DNA of 64,000 nucleotides, from NCBI GenBank assembly GCA_002269645.1, contig NIVC01001321.1:90858-154857 (forward strand), read 5' to 3'. Positions 35,083 to 64,000 of the stretch are shown piece after piece. The position numbers and the translations under genes were made by a program. Numbering within the stretch: the stretch's first letter is position 1; each line of letters begins with the position of its first letter. This DNA is from Macrostomum lignano (lineage: Eukaryota). The notes below the pieces were generated by a model. It searched no databases. It was not told the DNA's origin and was given only the letters and a program-made list of their open reading frames with translations.

Positions 35083-36159
35083 GCTCGCTCGGAATCCCAG
35101 CGGCCTGCAGTTATAAGATGTGAATTATACTGGTAGCTTGGCTCTTGGCGGAACCGCAGCTTATAATTAGTGATAATAAACTCAGCTTCATAAATGCTTG
35201 CCCCGCCCAGGCATATAAATGATGTCTATGTCCTGTTGATTCGTCCTTGCAGAGCCAAATGCGCCATAAAAGTTTAAAAATACTACTTTTATTACTTGTA
35301 ATACTACTCACAAGTAGCGAACCACGAATATAAAGTAGAAATGCTATTCACTTGTCAACCAATCCGAATGTGACCGCTGGAAAACCAATTTTGACACCTG
35401 TCAATCAACAATCAGTTCGATTCATGTCAGCTGGTATCCCTGCCGGTGTAAAAAAGGTTCTTTCAGGTTCAAAAGAATATCAATTGTTCCACAAATCTAC
35501 TGTATACTAAAGGAGGGAATTCTATGTATTTTGCCCAGCACAGATGTCATTATTTTCACACAAATTATTTCACGCTAATGCAGAGATAATGCGGGTGTAT
35601 AGATGATAAAGATGAGAAAGTATAGTCATAGTCACGTATTGAATTTTTTACAATATGGCCATAAATGTACATTGGGAAGCAACTGTGCCCAGCTATATCT
35701 CTTGGCTCCTCAGTTGGTTAAGTAGACTGAAATTAACCTTACAGTTATTAATTAGCCCCTGTGCCCTCACTAAATTGCATTAGAAAATGAAGAATGACTG
35801 CAGAGTTTACGCGGAATTTCCACGGGATTCCCGGGGAATTTCCGCGGCTTTTGAAGCAGACGACTGGATCTAAAGGTGCACCTGGCTGAAATGGTACGAA
35901 GCAAAACGCAATAATTGACCAATTTAGTTAAAAGGAAAGTTAAATTCAAATTTAAATCTTATGCTGTTGGCAAGTATAGCTCCATTTGTTTTCCTTACAG
36001 AAGCAGACTTTTCCGTTGGCATTTCTCACTGTTTTTATTAAACGTGTTTTAAAATTATGCTATATATAAGGGTATTATATAAATTCAAAGTTCTTAAAGA
36101 ATTCAATGGTTGGTTGCAAACGCTTAAAATACTTATACCCAAGATTTAAGTCAAGAAGA

Positions 36160-36350
36160 GTGCCACTTTTGGGTGTCACTTTGGGCGTCAGGGTGCCACT
36201 TTGAGTGTCGAGGTGCCACTTTGAGTGTCAGGGTGTCACTTTGGGTGTCAGGGTGTCACTTTGGGTGTCAGGGTGTCACTCTGGGTGTCAGGATGTAACT
36301 TTAGGTATCAGGGTGTCATATTGGGTGTCAGGGTGCCACTTTGGGTGCCA
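36160..36350. repeat. Short 20-bp array
   Basis: The unit is GGGTGTCACTTTGGGTGTCA, with GTGCCA variants. Confidence 0.8.
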
Positions 36351-36495
36351 AGTGCACGTGTTAAGTTTGCAATAAGATTCCCTCAGTAACAATGTCAATA
36401 CAGCCCCGCCCATTTGCATGCTACATTTGAATTAAATATTGATTAACCGGCAGCTTCAGGCATCAGGAATCCAAAACTGAATCATTTCGCTATCG

Positions 36496-39400
36496 TCACC
36501 AGAAGATGCACTTTTTCGCCGGATTCATCGGCTTGCCGCGGCGGCACTTGAAGGCCTCGGCGAATTCCGGGCTGTTCTCGGCGACGCCGCGGACGCGCAG
36601 GTGGTGCGGGCTGTGACTCGGCCAGCCCTGGTAGATTCGGTCCAGAATGTGAGACTCGGACTTGAAACACCACGACTGCGCAGCCTGGATGAACAGCTGC
36701 TGCTCCGGGCTGAGGCTGGCCGGCAGGTTGGGCAGCCGCGGCAACAGGCGGCCGCGGCCCTGGCGCCGGGACTTCAGCAGCTTCAGCGCTCCGACTGCGG
36801 CCTGAATGAAATAGTGGCATCAGTGTGCACTTAGGCATCCTGAGGTGCGGCTGTGCTGACCTGTTTGCGCTGACAATTTAAAAGCCTAATCTAAATGCGA
36901 GGAATGGGAACGCGAAAGTTAAGTTCCGCCGAGCTCGCAGACTAGAAATTCAATTTAAATTCGCGCCAAAAATGACGACACCCATTTATAAAAACGATTG
37001 TTTAGATATTCACGCAAATCGTGCCTGCGCACCCTCCCTCCCGTCCTACCCCTCCTCCTTCCCCCAGCAGTGTACATACGCATGTACAATGTGTAAAGAA
37101 AAAATATCGATCAATATTTAAGCCCCACCGCCTCTCTTTGCCGCCTACCCAGCCTTATCTGCCCCGCTGCCGCCAACCCCCCCCGCTAGCGAGGCCTGCC
37201 TCTCATTTAATTACTCCCAGAATTGGGGTGTTCAAAATGTTTAACAACTCCCTCGTTTTACAATGCCCCAAATTTACATAGGATTTAGTTTAACGCGGAA
37301 GTTTAGCGTTCTAATTTAAGTTTTGGTTTTATTTTAGTTTAACGAGTTTAACGTAGTTCTAGTTTAACGAGGAACTCAGCTTCTTCCATTTTTTACTTTG
37401 CTTCCAGAGTTCATCACTAAACAACCGCGCCCGGCCGCAGGCCTACTGGTTTTCTCAAATTTAAATTTAGAATTAAATAACTATTCGCAATATTACATAT
37501 TAGTTGTGTATCCACCTGAATCCCGATGATGTCGGCAATGTCGTTGCCCAGGGTGCTGTTTGACAGGTGCACCGGGCCGCCAGGATACAGCCTGTAGTCA
37601 CCATAGCGACTCCTTACGCACTCCATCCTGTCCAGGTAGTTCGCTTCAGTCTCATTGTCCCAGAAGTGTCCGATTGCGCCCTGCTGGTCGATCTGGTGGC
37701 CGGTGTTGTCGAAGGAGTGGCCGATTTCGTGCCCAATGACGTAACCAATGCTGCCCAGGTTGATGTGGGGCGGGTAGCTGGGATGATAATATGGCGGCGC
37801 CAGGATTGCCATCGGAAAAATTATCTGGTTGCGCTCGATCCAGTTGAAAGCGTTCACCACGAGCGGGCTGATCTCCATGAACAGCGTGACGGGGCTCAAG
37901 CTGGACATCACGTCGAAGTTCTTGTGGGCGTAGGCGCACAGGGCCAGGGAGAACAGGGTGCCAAATTTCCTGTCCAGATTAGAAGGACGCAAGTCCACGG
38001 CGCGGAACTCCTCCAAGGTGGGCGCGTAGAAAGCCTTGAACTCGGCTGCCGAGATCTTGTCCAGCCCGATGGTCTCCTTTGCCGCCCGAATCTTCTTCTC
38101 GATGGCCACCTTGGCGCTGGGGGTGATCCACGACTGTCCCCTGACCCCGGCGATGGCGGCTTCCTTGATGAGCTTCACCAGTTCGTTGACATCGCTAAAG
38201 TCCTGCTGATGGTAGGCGGTCTGGTACATCCGCTCCAGAATCGGCTGCAGCAGCGTCTTCGTCCAGAGCATGCAGCTGGCCACGCCGTCGCCTTCGATGT
38301 CTCTGGCCACCTGCGTTCTGCCGCTCTTTAAATTCTGCAGGTCGGGTGGGAAGAAACTTCGGAAGCTCAGCAGCCAGTCGAACACCAGAAAGGCGGCGTC
38401 GTCAGACAACAGACTGGCGCTGCTGTCGTTGCTTTTGGCGAAGACAGGGCGAGACTTGATGTCGTTGACAAAGTTGATGACTTCCTTGATGTTGGGCAGC
38501 TGCACCAGGGCGGATCTGTCCACTGGCGACTGCAGCAGCTCGTCGAAGAAGCGGCTCCAAGAGAACGGGACACCTCCCTTTGCCGCGGCCACGCAGGCGG
38601 AGAGCTCGTCGAGCTCAGACACGTTGTACTTGGCGCCGGAGTCGAGCCCGAAGCTGTACCTCTCGGGAACGGTGCAGCCACCAGGCCCGTACAGGCTGTT
38701 GTCGTTGAGCGACTTCTCGATTCGCTTGATGATCCTCTGGAAACGCGGCCGAGAGGCGTTGCCAACAAGGCTGCCGAAGTCCAGCAGCGGAGCTCCCAGC
38801 TTCCGCTCAGTCAGGAAGTCCAGCCATTCGCGGAAGAAGGCGTTCCTCTCCAGCTCGGCGCTGCCCCGCAGAAACAGACTCAATCTATCGATGCTGACCA
38901 CCGCTCTGGCCGTCTGCGTCAGGTTGAAGTCGTCATTCTCAATGACGTTTGTGGCGAATTGCCTCGGCAAGGTCACCCCGAGCATGCCGCTGCCGCCGGT
39001 CTTCACCAGGGTGGCCAATACAGTTTCCATGGCAACCTCCTCGTTGCACAGAGTCCACAGTGTTTCATTCAGGTGGTCCAGCACTCCGGCGAAGAAGCTG
39101 GCGCTGTTTGCCGCATTCAAGCTTGCGCTTGGCTGGCCGAATCCACCACCGCTGCGCGTGTGCACCCACTGCCTGCAGCTCCGGTAGAACAGGCGGGTGA
39201 AGTTGAACAGGTCCGAGATGTCCTGGTCTGGACTGCTGGCCACCTGGAGTCGTGTTGGTCATGCATTTTTATAAGCTAGACTTGACTGAGTCAATATTGC
39301 ATTGACATATTTATCCTATCAATCTATCCCATTGTTCATATGTTTGCCCAATATTTTCCCCAATTGCACAATATTTTATTCAGGGGCGTCACCACCCCGG

Positions 39401-40734
39401 GGGAACAGGTGGACATACCAATGCTTTCCCCCTCCACCTTGTGACCCGTTATGGTAATCAATAATCTTGCTTGGGGCGCCAAAATGAGTGCCTGTCTGTG
39501 GCGCCAAAATGAGTGCCTGTCTGTGGCGCCGAAATGAGTGCCTGTCTGTGGCGCCAAAATGAGTGCCTGTCTGTGGCGCCGAAATGAGTGCCTGTCTGTG
39601 GCGCCAAAATGAGTGCCTGTCTGTGGCGCCGAAATGAGTGCCTGTCTGTGGCGCCAAAATGAGTGCCTGTCTGTGGCGCCGAAATGAGTGCCTGTCTGTG
39701 GCGCCAAAATGAGTGCCTGTCTGTGGCGCCGAAATGAGTGCCTGTCTGTGGCGCCAAAATGAGTGCCTGTCTGTGGCGCCGAAATGAGTGCCTGTCTGTG
39801 GCGCCAAAATGAGTGCCTGTCTGTGGCGCCGAAATGAGTGCCTGTCTGTGGCGCCAAAATGAGTGCCTGTCTGTGGCGCCGAAATGAGTGCCTGTCTGTG
39901 GCGCCAAAATGAGTGCCTGTCTGTGGCGCCAAAATGAGTGCCTGTCTGTGGCGCCAAAATGAGTGCTAACAATTATACAAATTCTTTAATAATGTAGCAA
40001 TTTCGTCATGCCAGAATTCTTGGATTATCCTCCCGACCATACAATCCATTTATGACGCCCCTGATTTCCTTTCTCGTACGTTGTGATTGGCTTTGGTCGG
40101 AGTGACTTTCGCCAATGGCGGATCCATGGGGGTCAAAGGGGGTCAGCTGACCCCTTCGGGAAAAATCCTTAGATCCGGCCCTGACGTTCTCTCACAATTA
40201 TTTTCTCCCTGAGTTGCGTGGAGAAGTGATTCGAGGCGGAAAACTCATTGGAAGCCACAACATTTTTCAACACCGCCAACGGATAGCCATGTTGAAGTGC
40301 ACAGCCATTCCACCCGAGGAGCCCCAATCTCAGAAACCGCGCACCCGATCCAGCACTAGCAGCTCGTAGATGTTCCTCTCCAGCCCGTCGGACATCAGGC
40401 TCATCCGGTCCTCGAACAGCAGGTCGCCGTCTTTAAACGACATTCCAGCCGAGGCGCGCACCGGGTCGTACCTGACCATGCTGGGAAAATTGCCGCAAGC
40501 GTAATTGTAGAAATCCTCGCAGGGATCGGCCGAGGTGTTCATGTAGCTGGCCATCTGGGCGGCCAGCGACACGCACTCGACACTCTGGCAGGTGACGGGA
40601 ATGGCGGACTGGCCCGGGCCGGGTTCGCTGGCATTGCGGCGGATTTCAAACCGGATTGAATTGGCTAGCGGGGAGAGGAGGGCGACCGTCACGACAGTCA
40701 GGAGACTTCTGGCTTGCAAAGCCGCAACAGACAT
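36496..40734 (-). CDS. M13 (neprilysin/ECE-like) metallopeptidase homolog, probably secreted, with an altered third zinc ligand
   Basis: Exons are complement(40345..40734, 37516..39243, 36496..36801), all phase 0. Motifs: signal-like N-terminus, C..LA..M...MNTSADPCEDFYNYACG, VNAF, QIIFPMAIL.PP.Y, VIGHEIGHSFD, TLGNDIAD, HSP..LRV and a C-terminal CIFW. Confidence 0.9.
39381..40063. mobile_element. hAT-like MITE carrying an internal 25-bp tandem array
   Basis: The 11-bp TIRs are CAGGGGCGTCA and TGACGCCCCTG. The 8-bp flanks ATTTTATT and ATTTCCTT match at 6 of 8 positions (degenerate TSD). Confidence 0.5.
39475..39965. repeat. 25-bp array with an alternating A/G variant (50-bp higher order) in M13 intron 1
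   Basis: The unit is (A/G)AAATGAGTGCCTGTCTGTGGCGCC. Confidence 0.95.
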
Positions 40735-40844
40735 GATTGTCGATCAGTCAGATGTCGATTTTTGCCTAATAAAGATGAAAATGGCAGGTCTTTGAAGTTG
40801 GTTTGCCAAATTTTGTCCGCGCAAGTTTGGTCCAAACATCCTAG

Positions 40845-42245
40845 AGACAACACATCCTATACAGACAACACATCCGATACAGACAACACATCCTACAGAC
40901 AGCACATCCTACAGACAGCACATCCTACAGACAGCACATCCTACAGACAACACATCCTACAGACAACACATCCTACAGACATCCTATACAGACAACAAAC
41001 AGATCCTACAGATAACACATCCTACAGACATCCCATACAGACAACAGATCCTACAGACAACACATCCTACAGACAACGCATCCTACAGACAGCACATCCT
41101 ACAGACAGCAAATCCTACAGACAACACATCCTACAGACAACACATCATACATACAACACATTCTAGAGACAACACATCCTACAGACAACACATCCTACAG
41201 ACAACACATCCTACAGACAACACATCATACATACAACACATTCTAGAGACAACACATCCTACAGCCAACACATCCTACAGACAACACATCCTACAGACAA
41301 CACATCCTACAGACAACACATCATACAGACAACACATCCTACAGACAACACATCCTACAGACAGCACATCCTACAGACAACACATCCTACAGACAACACA
41401 TCCTACAGACAACACATCATACAGACAACACATCCTACAGACAACACATCCTACAGACAGCACATCCTACAGACAACACATCATACAGACAACACATCAT
41501 ACATAAAACAAATCCTACAGACAACACATCCTACAGGCAACACATCCTACAGACAGCACATCCTACAGACAACACATCATACATAAAACACATCATACAT
41601 AAAACACATCCTACAGACAACAGATCCTACAGACAACAGATCCTACAGACAACACATCCTACAGACAACACATCCTACAGACATCCTATACAGACAACAC
41701 ATCCTACAGACAACACATCCTATAGACAACACATTCTGTACAGACAGCACATCATACAGACAACACATCCTACAGACAACACATTCTGTACAGACAGCAC
41801 ATCATACAGACAACACATCCTACAGACAACACATCCTACAGACAACACATTCTGTACAGACAGCACATCATACAGACAACACATACTACAGACAACACAT
41901 TCTGTACAGACAGCACATCATACAGACAACACATCCTACAGACAACACATTCTGTACAGACAGCACATCATACAGACAACACATCCTACAGACAACACAT
42001 CCTACAGACAACACATTCTGTACAGACAGCACATCATACAGACAACACATACTACAGACAACACATTCTGTACAGACAGCACATCATACAGACAACACAT
42101 CCTACAGACAACACATTCTGTACAGACAGCACATCATACAGACAACACATCCTACAGACAACACATCCTACAGACAACACATTCTGTACAGACAGCACAT
42201 CATACAGACAACACATCCTACAGACAACAAACACATCCTACAAAC
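40845..42245. repeat. 16-bp array
   Basis: The unit is AGACAACACATCCTAC, with variants. Confidence 0.95.
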
Positions 42246-42944
42246 ATCTACAGTCAATAAATCCTACAGACAACAGACAGCGTACATCATATGCGAGTAG
42301 ACATTATACAGACAGCGAGCAGACATCCTCAAAGCAAACTTCGGCAAGCAAGCGACGCACTCCCAAGATGGTCCATAGGGCCATGATGCAGTAACAATTC
42401 GATCCTACCTGTTTTCTGAGCTAAGCAAGGCCTATGCTATGCAGGTGGATCTCGGCTATCTCTGTCAGAAACGATGGAGTCACACAGATGCAAATCACAC
42501 GCATCTGCGTTTATACGAGTCAAGCCGAGAGGCTTTGTTTACCAAAGCATTTCGGCAACTTCAAAGAGCAAAACCAAAACTTTGGACGGTATCTGGTGGC
42601 AACACTCATAAACCACCGACTGCGCACTTTGATCTGAGGCCGCTGTAACTGTTGGCCTCAATATAGCCTTTGAATTCTGCTGGACAATCATAAAATCAAT
42701 TATGAAATTATCATAGCTGATGGGCCACAACTGAAACAATCGCACTGTCGCATGGCGAAAGTGTTTCTTTCTAGAGAATGTTATGTGTTTACAGTTTTAT
42801 TTACATGTACCACTGCAACAGGTCGAGGGTTTGCGCTTGATATAAACAGGTGAATAGCGTATGCTGACCGCTAGCGGCAGCAGCCCAGCTACTGTAAATC
42901 TGTGAGCAGCAGTTTTCATTGGGGCATCTTTGAAAGGAAACTGC

Positions 42945-44890
42945 CATTTTATTTGACAGAGGGCCATTTGATTTGAGGCAGTGCCATTTGATTTGAGGCA
43001 GTGCCATTGGATTTGAGGGAGTGCCATTGAATTTGAGGCAGTGCCATTGGATTTGAGGGAGTGCCATTGAATTTGAGGGAGTGCCATTGAATTTGAGGGA
43101 GTGCCATTGAATTTGAGGGAGTGCCATTGAATTTGAGGCAGTGCCATTGGATTTGAGGGAGTGCCATTGAATTTGAGGCAGTGCCATTGGATTTGAGGGA
43201 GTGCCATTGGATTTGAGGGAGTGCCATTATATTTGACGGAGTGCCATTTTATTTCACAGAGGGCCATTTGATTTGAGGCAGTGCCATTTGATTTGAGGCA
43301 GTGCCATTGGATTTGAGGGAGTGCCATTGAATTTGAGGCAGTGCCATTGGATTTGAGGCAGTGCCATTGGATTTGAGGGAGTGCCATTATATTTGAAGGA
43401 GTGCCATTTTATTTCACAGAGGGCCATTTGATTTGAGGCAGTGCCATTTGATTTGAGGCAGTGCCATTTGATTTGACGGAGTGCCATTTTATTTGACAGA
43501 GGGCCATTTGATTTGAGGCAGTGCCATTGGATTTGAGGGAGTGCCATTGAATTTGAGGCAGTGCCATTGGATTTGAGGGAGTGCCATTGAATTTGAGGGA
43601 GTGCCATTGAATTTGAGGCAGTGCCATTGGATTTGAGGGAGTGCCATTTTATTTCACAGAGGGCCATTTGATTTGAGGCAGTGCCATTTGATTTGAGGCA
43701 GTGCCATTTGATTTGACGGAGTGCCATTTTATTTCACAGAGGGCCATTTGATTTGAGGCAGTGCCATTTGATTTGAGGCAGTGCCATTGGATTTGAGGGA
43801 GTGCCATTGAATTTGAGGCAGTGCCATTGGATTTGAGGCAGTGCCATTGGATTTGAGGGAGTGCCATTATATTTGAAGGAGTGCCATTTTATTTCACAGA
43901 GGGCCATTTGATTTGAGGCAGTGCCATTTGATTTGAGGCAGTGCCATTTGATTTGACGGAGTGCCATTTTATTTGACAGAGGGCCATTTGATTTGAGGCA
44001 GTGCCATTTGATTTGAGGCAGTGCCATTGGATTTGAGGGAGTGCCATTGGATTTGAGGCAGTGCCATTGGATTTGAGGGAGTGCAATTATATTTGACGGA
44101 GTGCCATTTGATTTGAGGCAGTGCCATTATATTTGACGGAGTGCCATTTGATTTGAGGCAGTTCCATTGGATTTGAGGCAGTGCCATTGGATTTGAGGCA
44201 GTGCCATTGGATTTGAGGCAGTGCCATTGGATTTGAGGGAGTGCCATTGGATTTGAGGGAGTGCCATTGGATTTGAGGGAGTGCCATTGGATTTGAGGGA
44301 GTGCCATTGGATTTGAGGGAGTGCCATTGGATTTGGGGGAGTGCCATTGGATTTGAGGGAGTGCCATTGGATTTGAGGCAGTGCCATTTGATTTGAGGCA
44401 GTTCCATTATATTTGAGGGAGTGCCATTAGATTTGAGGCAGTGCCATTGGATTTGAGGCAGTGCCATTGGATTTGAGGGAGTGCCATTGGATTTGAGGGA
44501 GTGCCATTGGATTTGAGGGAGTGCCATTGGATTTGAGGGAGTGCCATTGGATTAGGGGGAGTGCCATTGGATTTGAGGGAGTGCCATTGGATTTGAGGCA
44601 GTGCCATTGGATTTGAGGGAGTGCCATTGGATTTGAGGCAGTGCCATTGGATTTGGGGGAGTGCCATTGGATTTGAGGCAGTGCCATTGGATTTGAGGGA
44701 GTGCCATTAGATTTGAGGCAGTGCCATTGGATTTGAGGGAGTGCCATTGGATTTGAGGGAGTGCCATTGGATTTGAGGGAGTGCCATTGGATTTGAGGCA
44801 GTTCCATTAGATTTGAGGGAGTGCCATTGGATTTGAGGCAGTGCCATTAGATTTGAGGCAGTGCCATTGGATTTGAGGGAGTGCCATTGG
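42945..44890. repeat. 20-bp array with block-level higher-order repeats
   Basis: The unit is GTGCCATTGGATTTGAGG(G/C)A. Confidence 0.95.
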
Positions 44891-45624
44891 ATTTTTTTGA
44901 TGTCGAGTACAATAGAAAACTCTAAGAAGGTGAAAGAGAATTCTACTATTTATCAAAATAAGCTAGCGAAGCTCGCCGAGCGCAAAAAGTTGGAAAAAAA
45001 GATCACACGTCAAGCGGTTTTGCATTCGTCATTTGTATTTCAATGGAACCGAAGATTATAAAAATGATTGCCCAGCGCACACACAAAAAGCCTTTAAGCG
45101 CAATGACCGAAACCGAGAGCATCATAGACGGGGTGGGGGGTACCAACAGCAATTATTTTGGTCGTATTGAAGTCGATGGGCAAAAATGCATCATTATTAG
45201 TAATAATAAATAATAAATAATAAATAAGCCAGGGACACATGCTGGGGAGACGCCGCGTCAAAAAAATTCAAGCTAAAGCAAACAATTTTCATTTCCCATT
45301 GACTCAATTTGGCCAGGTCCGGAATAACAGGTGAGACTCGAATTTCAAAAATGCTAATTCCGAATCGCTAAACACTTGATACCATAGTTACTGGAATAAT
45401 AAGATCTGCCACTCGCAAAAATGCGTTTTAGCTTTAAGATAGAAATTTAAAAACATTTGCTTATCAAGATGTTTAAAGCTTTTAAAGTTGGAACAATCGC
45501 TTCTTCTGGCTTTCTAAAAGCAGACCCATTAAATTAGCATCTTCACTCTGTTTGAAGCTGCACCCAAATCCAGTGCGTGTGCATTAGTGAGCAAGAGAGA
45601 AAAGGGTGGTGCCGCAGGCCCCAG

Positions 45625-45880
45625 CCAGATAAACAGTTGGCTTTCCGCTTGCCCTCTCCTTACTGCTCTCTCATTGGCTGAGCCAGATTGGGCGGCCTGT
45701 CCCCCCCCCCTACCCAGGCAGCGTTTCGTCCGTCTAACTTTGACCTCTCTCCCTACTGCTCTCTCATTGGCTGAGCCAGATGGGCCTGTCCCCCCCCTAC
45801 CCAGGCAGTGTTTCGTCCGTCTAACTTTGACCTCTCTCCTTACTATTCTCTCATTGGCTGAGCCAGATTGGGCCTGCCCC
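45625..45880. repeat. ~90-bp unit in about 2.5-3 copies
   Basis: The unit is CTCTCTCATTGGCTGAGCCAGA...CCCCCCCTACCCAGGCAG.GTTTCGTCCGTCTAACTTTGACCTCTCTCC. Confidence 0.8.
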
Positions 45881-46472
45881 TAGGCTGAATTTCATCCTCT
45901 TGCATTCACTTGTGTACATCGTCGAGTTAAAAGCTTGCTGTTTATTCTTAACCCTATATGCTCCTGAGGCTGCAAACCCCAAGGAAAAAAGGAAATTTTA
46001 GCTGCCACATTAAATTTAAGTGACACTGCGCAAACAAACTACTGAGAAAATGAGTAGACGCTCTGCTAATCAAAACTTTAGTTGCGAGTGATGTACCTAC
46101 CTAGTTACTGCAGCATATGCCTGATACAAATGAAAACTTAGCCGCATGAAAAATGCTTAGTAAAACAAAAAATTGTTGCTCAAATTTGAACGCTAAACAT
46201 TATAAAGTTTAAACAAAGAATTCAATTTATTGAATTATAAAAAACGCGAAATACGAGCTATTATTAATAATAAAACAATGAATATATTAAACATTAAAAC
46301 ACGCGAGAATTTTGCGCTAAAGTTTAACTCCTGTCATTATTTTTGTATTGACCAATTTTAAAACAATAAAAGCAACAAAAACGCACAAACCAATGCTACG
46401 CTGAAACCGTCAAGTTGATTTTGTAACAAAATTTTCATCAGTAAGCAATACGCTTCGGCACTGGAGGCCTCC

Positions 46473-63609
<17,137 letters not shown>

Positions 63610-63614
63610 CTGCA

Positions 63615-63840
63615 GGTGGGTTCGGGTTGAGGGCGATTTTTGGGTTCGGGTTGAGGGCGATTTTTGGGTTCGGGTTGAGGCCGATTTTTGGGTTCGGGTT
63701 GAGGGCGATTTTTGAGTTCGGGTTGAGGGCGATTTTTTGGTTCGGGTTGAGGGTAATTTTTGGGTTCGGGTTGAGGGCGATTTTTGGGTTCGGATTGAGA
63801 GCGATTTTTGGGTTCGGGTTGAGGGCGATTTTTGGGGCTG
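63615..63840. repeat. 24-bp array abutting a CAD acceptor
   Basis: The unit is GGGTTCGGGTTGAGGGCGATTTTT. Confidence 0.93.
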
Positions 63841-64000
63841 GTGTTGGGACTTTAGAGGCAATCTTGGATGATTTTAAATGCACCTTTGTTTGGCTAGAGC
63901 GTTGATTCGAAGGGCATAGAGTTGATCAAAAGCACTTCTTTCAGGGCATTCCTACCATTATTGGAAACAAATCTTGGGTGGCTTGGAAGCCATCCTAAGC

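Noticed and set aside
42434-42945. Short non-repetitive ORFs between two arrays
   Set aside because: They have no recognisable domain or convincing splice chain, so I cannot support them as a gene.
42797-44807. Many MALPQIQWH ORFs
   Set aside because: These are periodic products of the 20-bp array.

Overview
This is eukaryotic (metazoan) genomic DNA with GC-rich exons and introns packed with tandem repeats; the style resembles the flatworm Macrostomum (inference, not verified). I built spliced gene models by hand from GT-AG sites and reading-frame continuity. The genes are La/SSB (-), Bax inhibitor-1 (-), FCP1/CTDP1 (+), a four-EF-hand calmodulin-like gene (-), a secreted M13/neprilysin-like gene whose third zinc ligand is altered (-), and the 3' part of CAD (-, 13 exons, 5' end outside the window). 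Two intronless C-type-lectin genes are nested antisense in a CAD intron. A full-length, apparently intact LOA-like non-LTR retrotransposon (18072-23883, 12-bp target-site duplication, ORF1/ORF2 joined by an ATGATG stop-start) sits in an AT-rich, strongly CpG-depleted domain (about 8.3-25.4 kb) that also holds several MITEs. About 28 different tandem arrays occur, nearly one per intron. Several share an AATCGCCC/AATCCC or GTGCC core, and intronic arrays are mostly C-rich on the host sense strand. Most long ORFs in the supplied track are artefacts of these arrays. No rRNA, tRNA or CRISPR was found.
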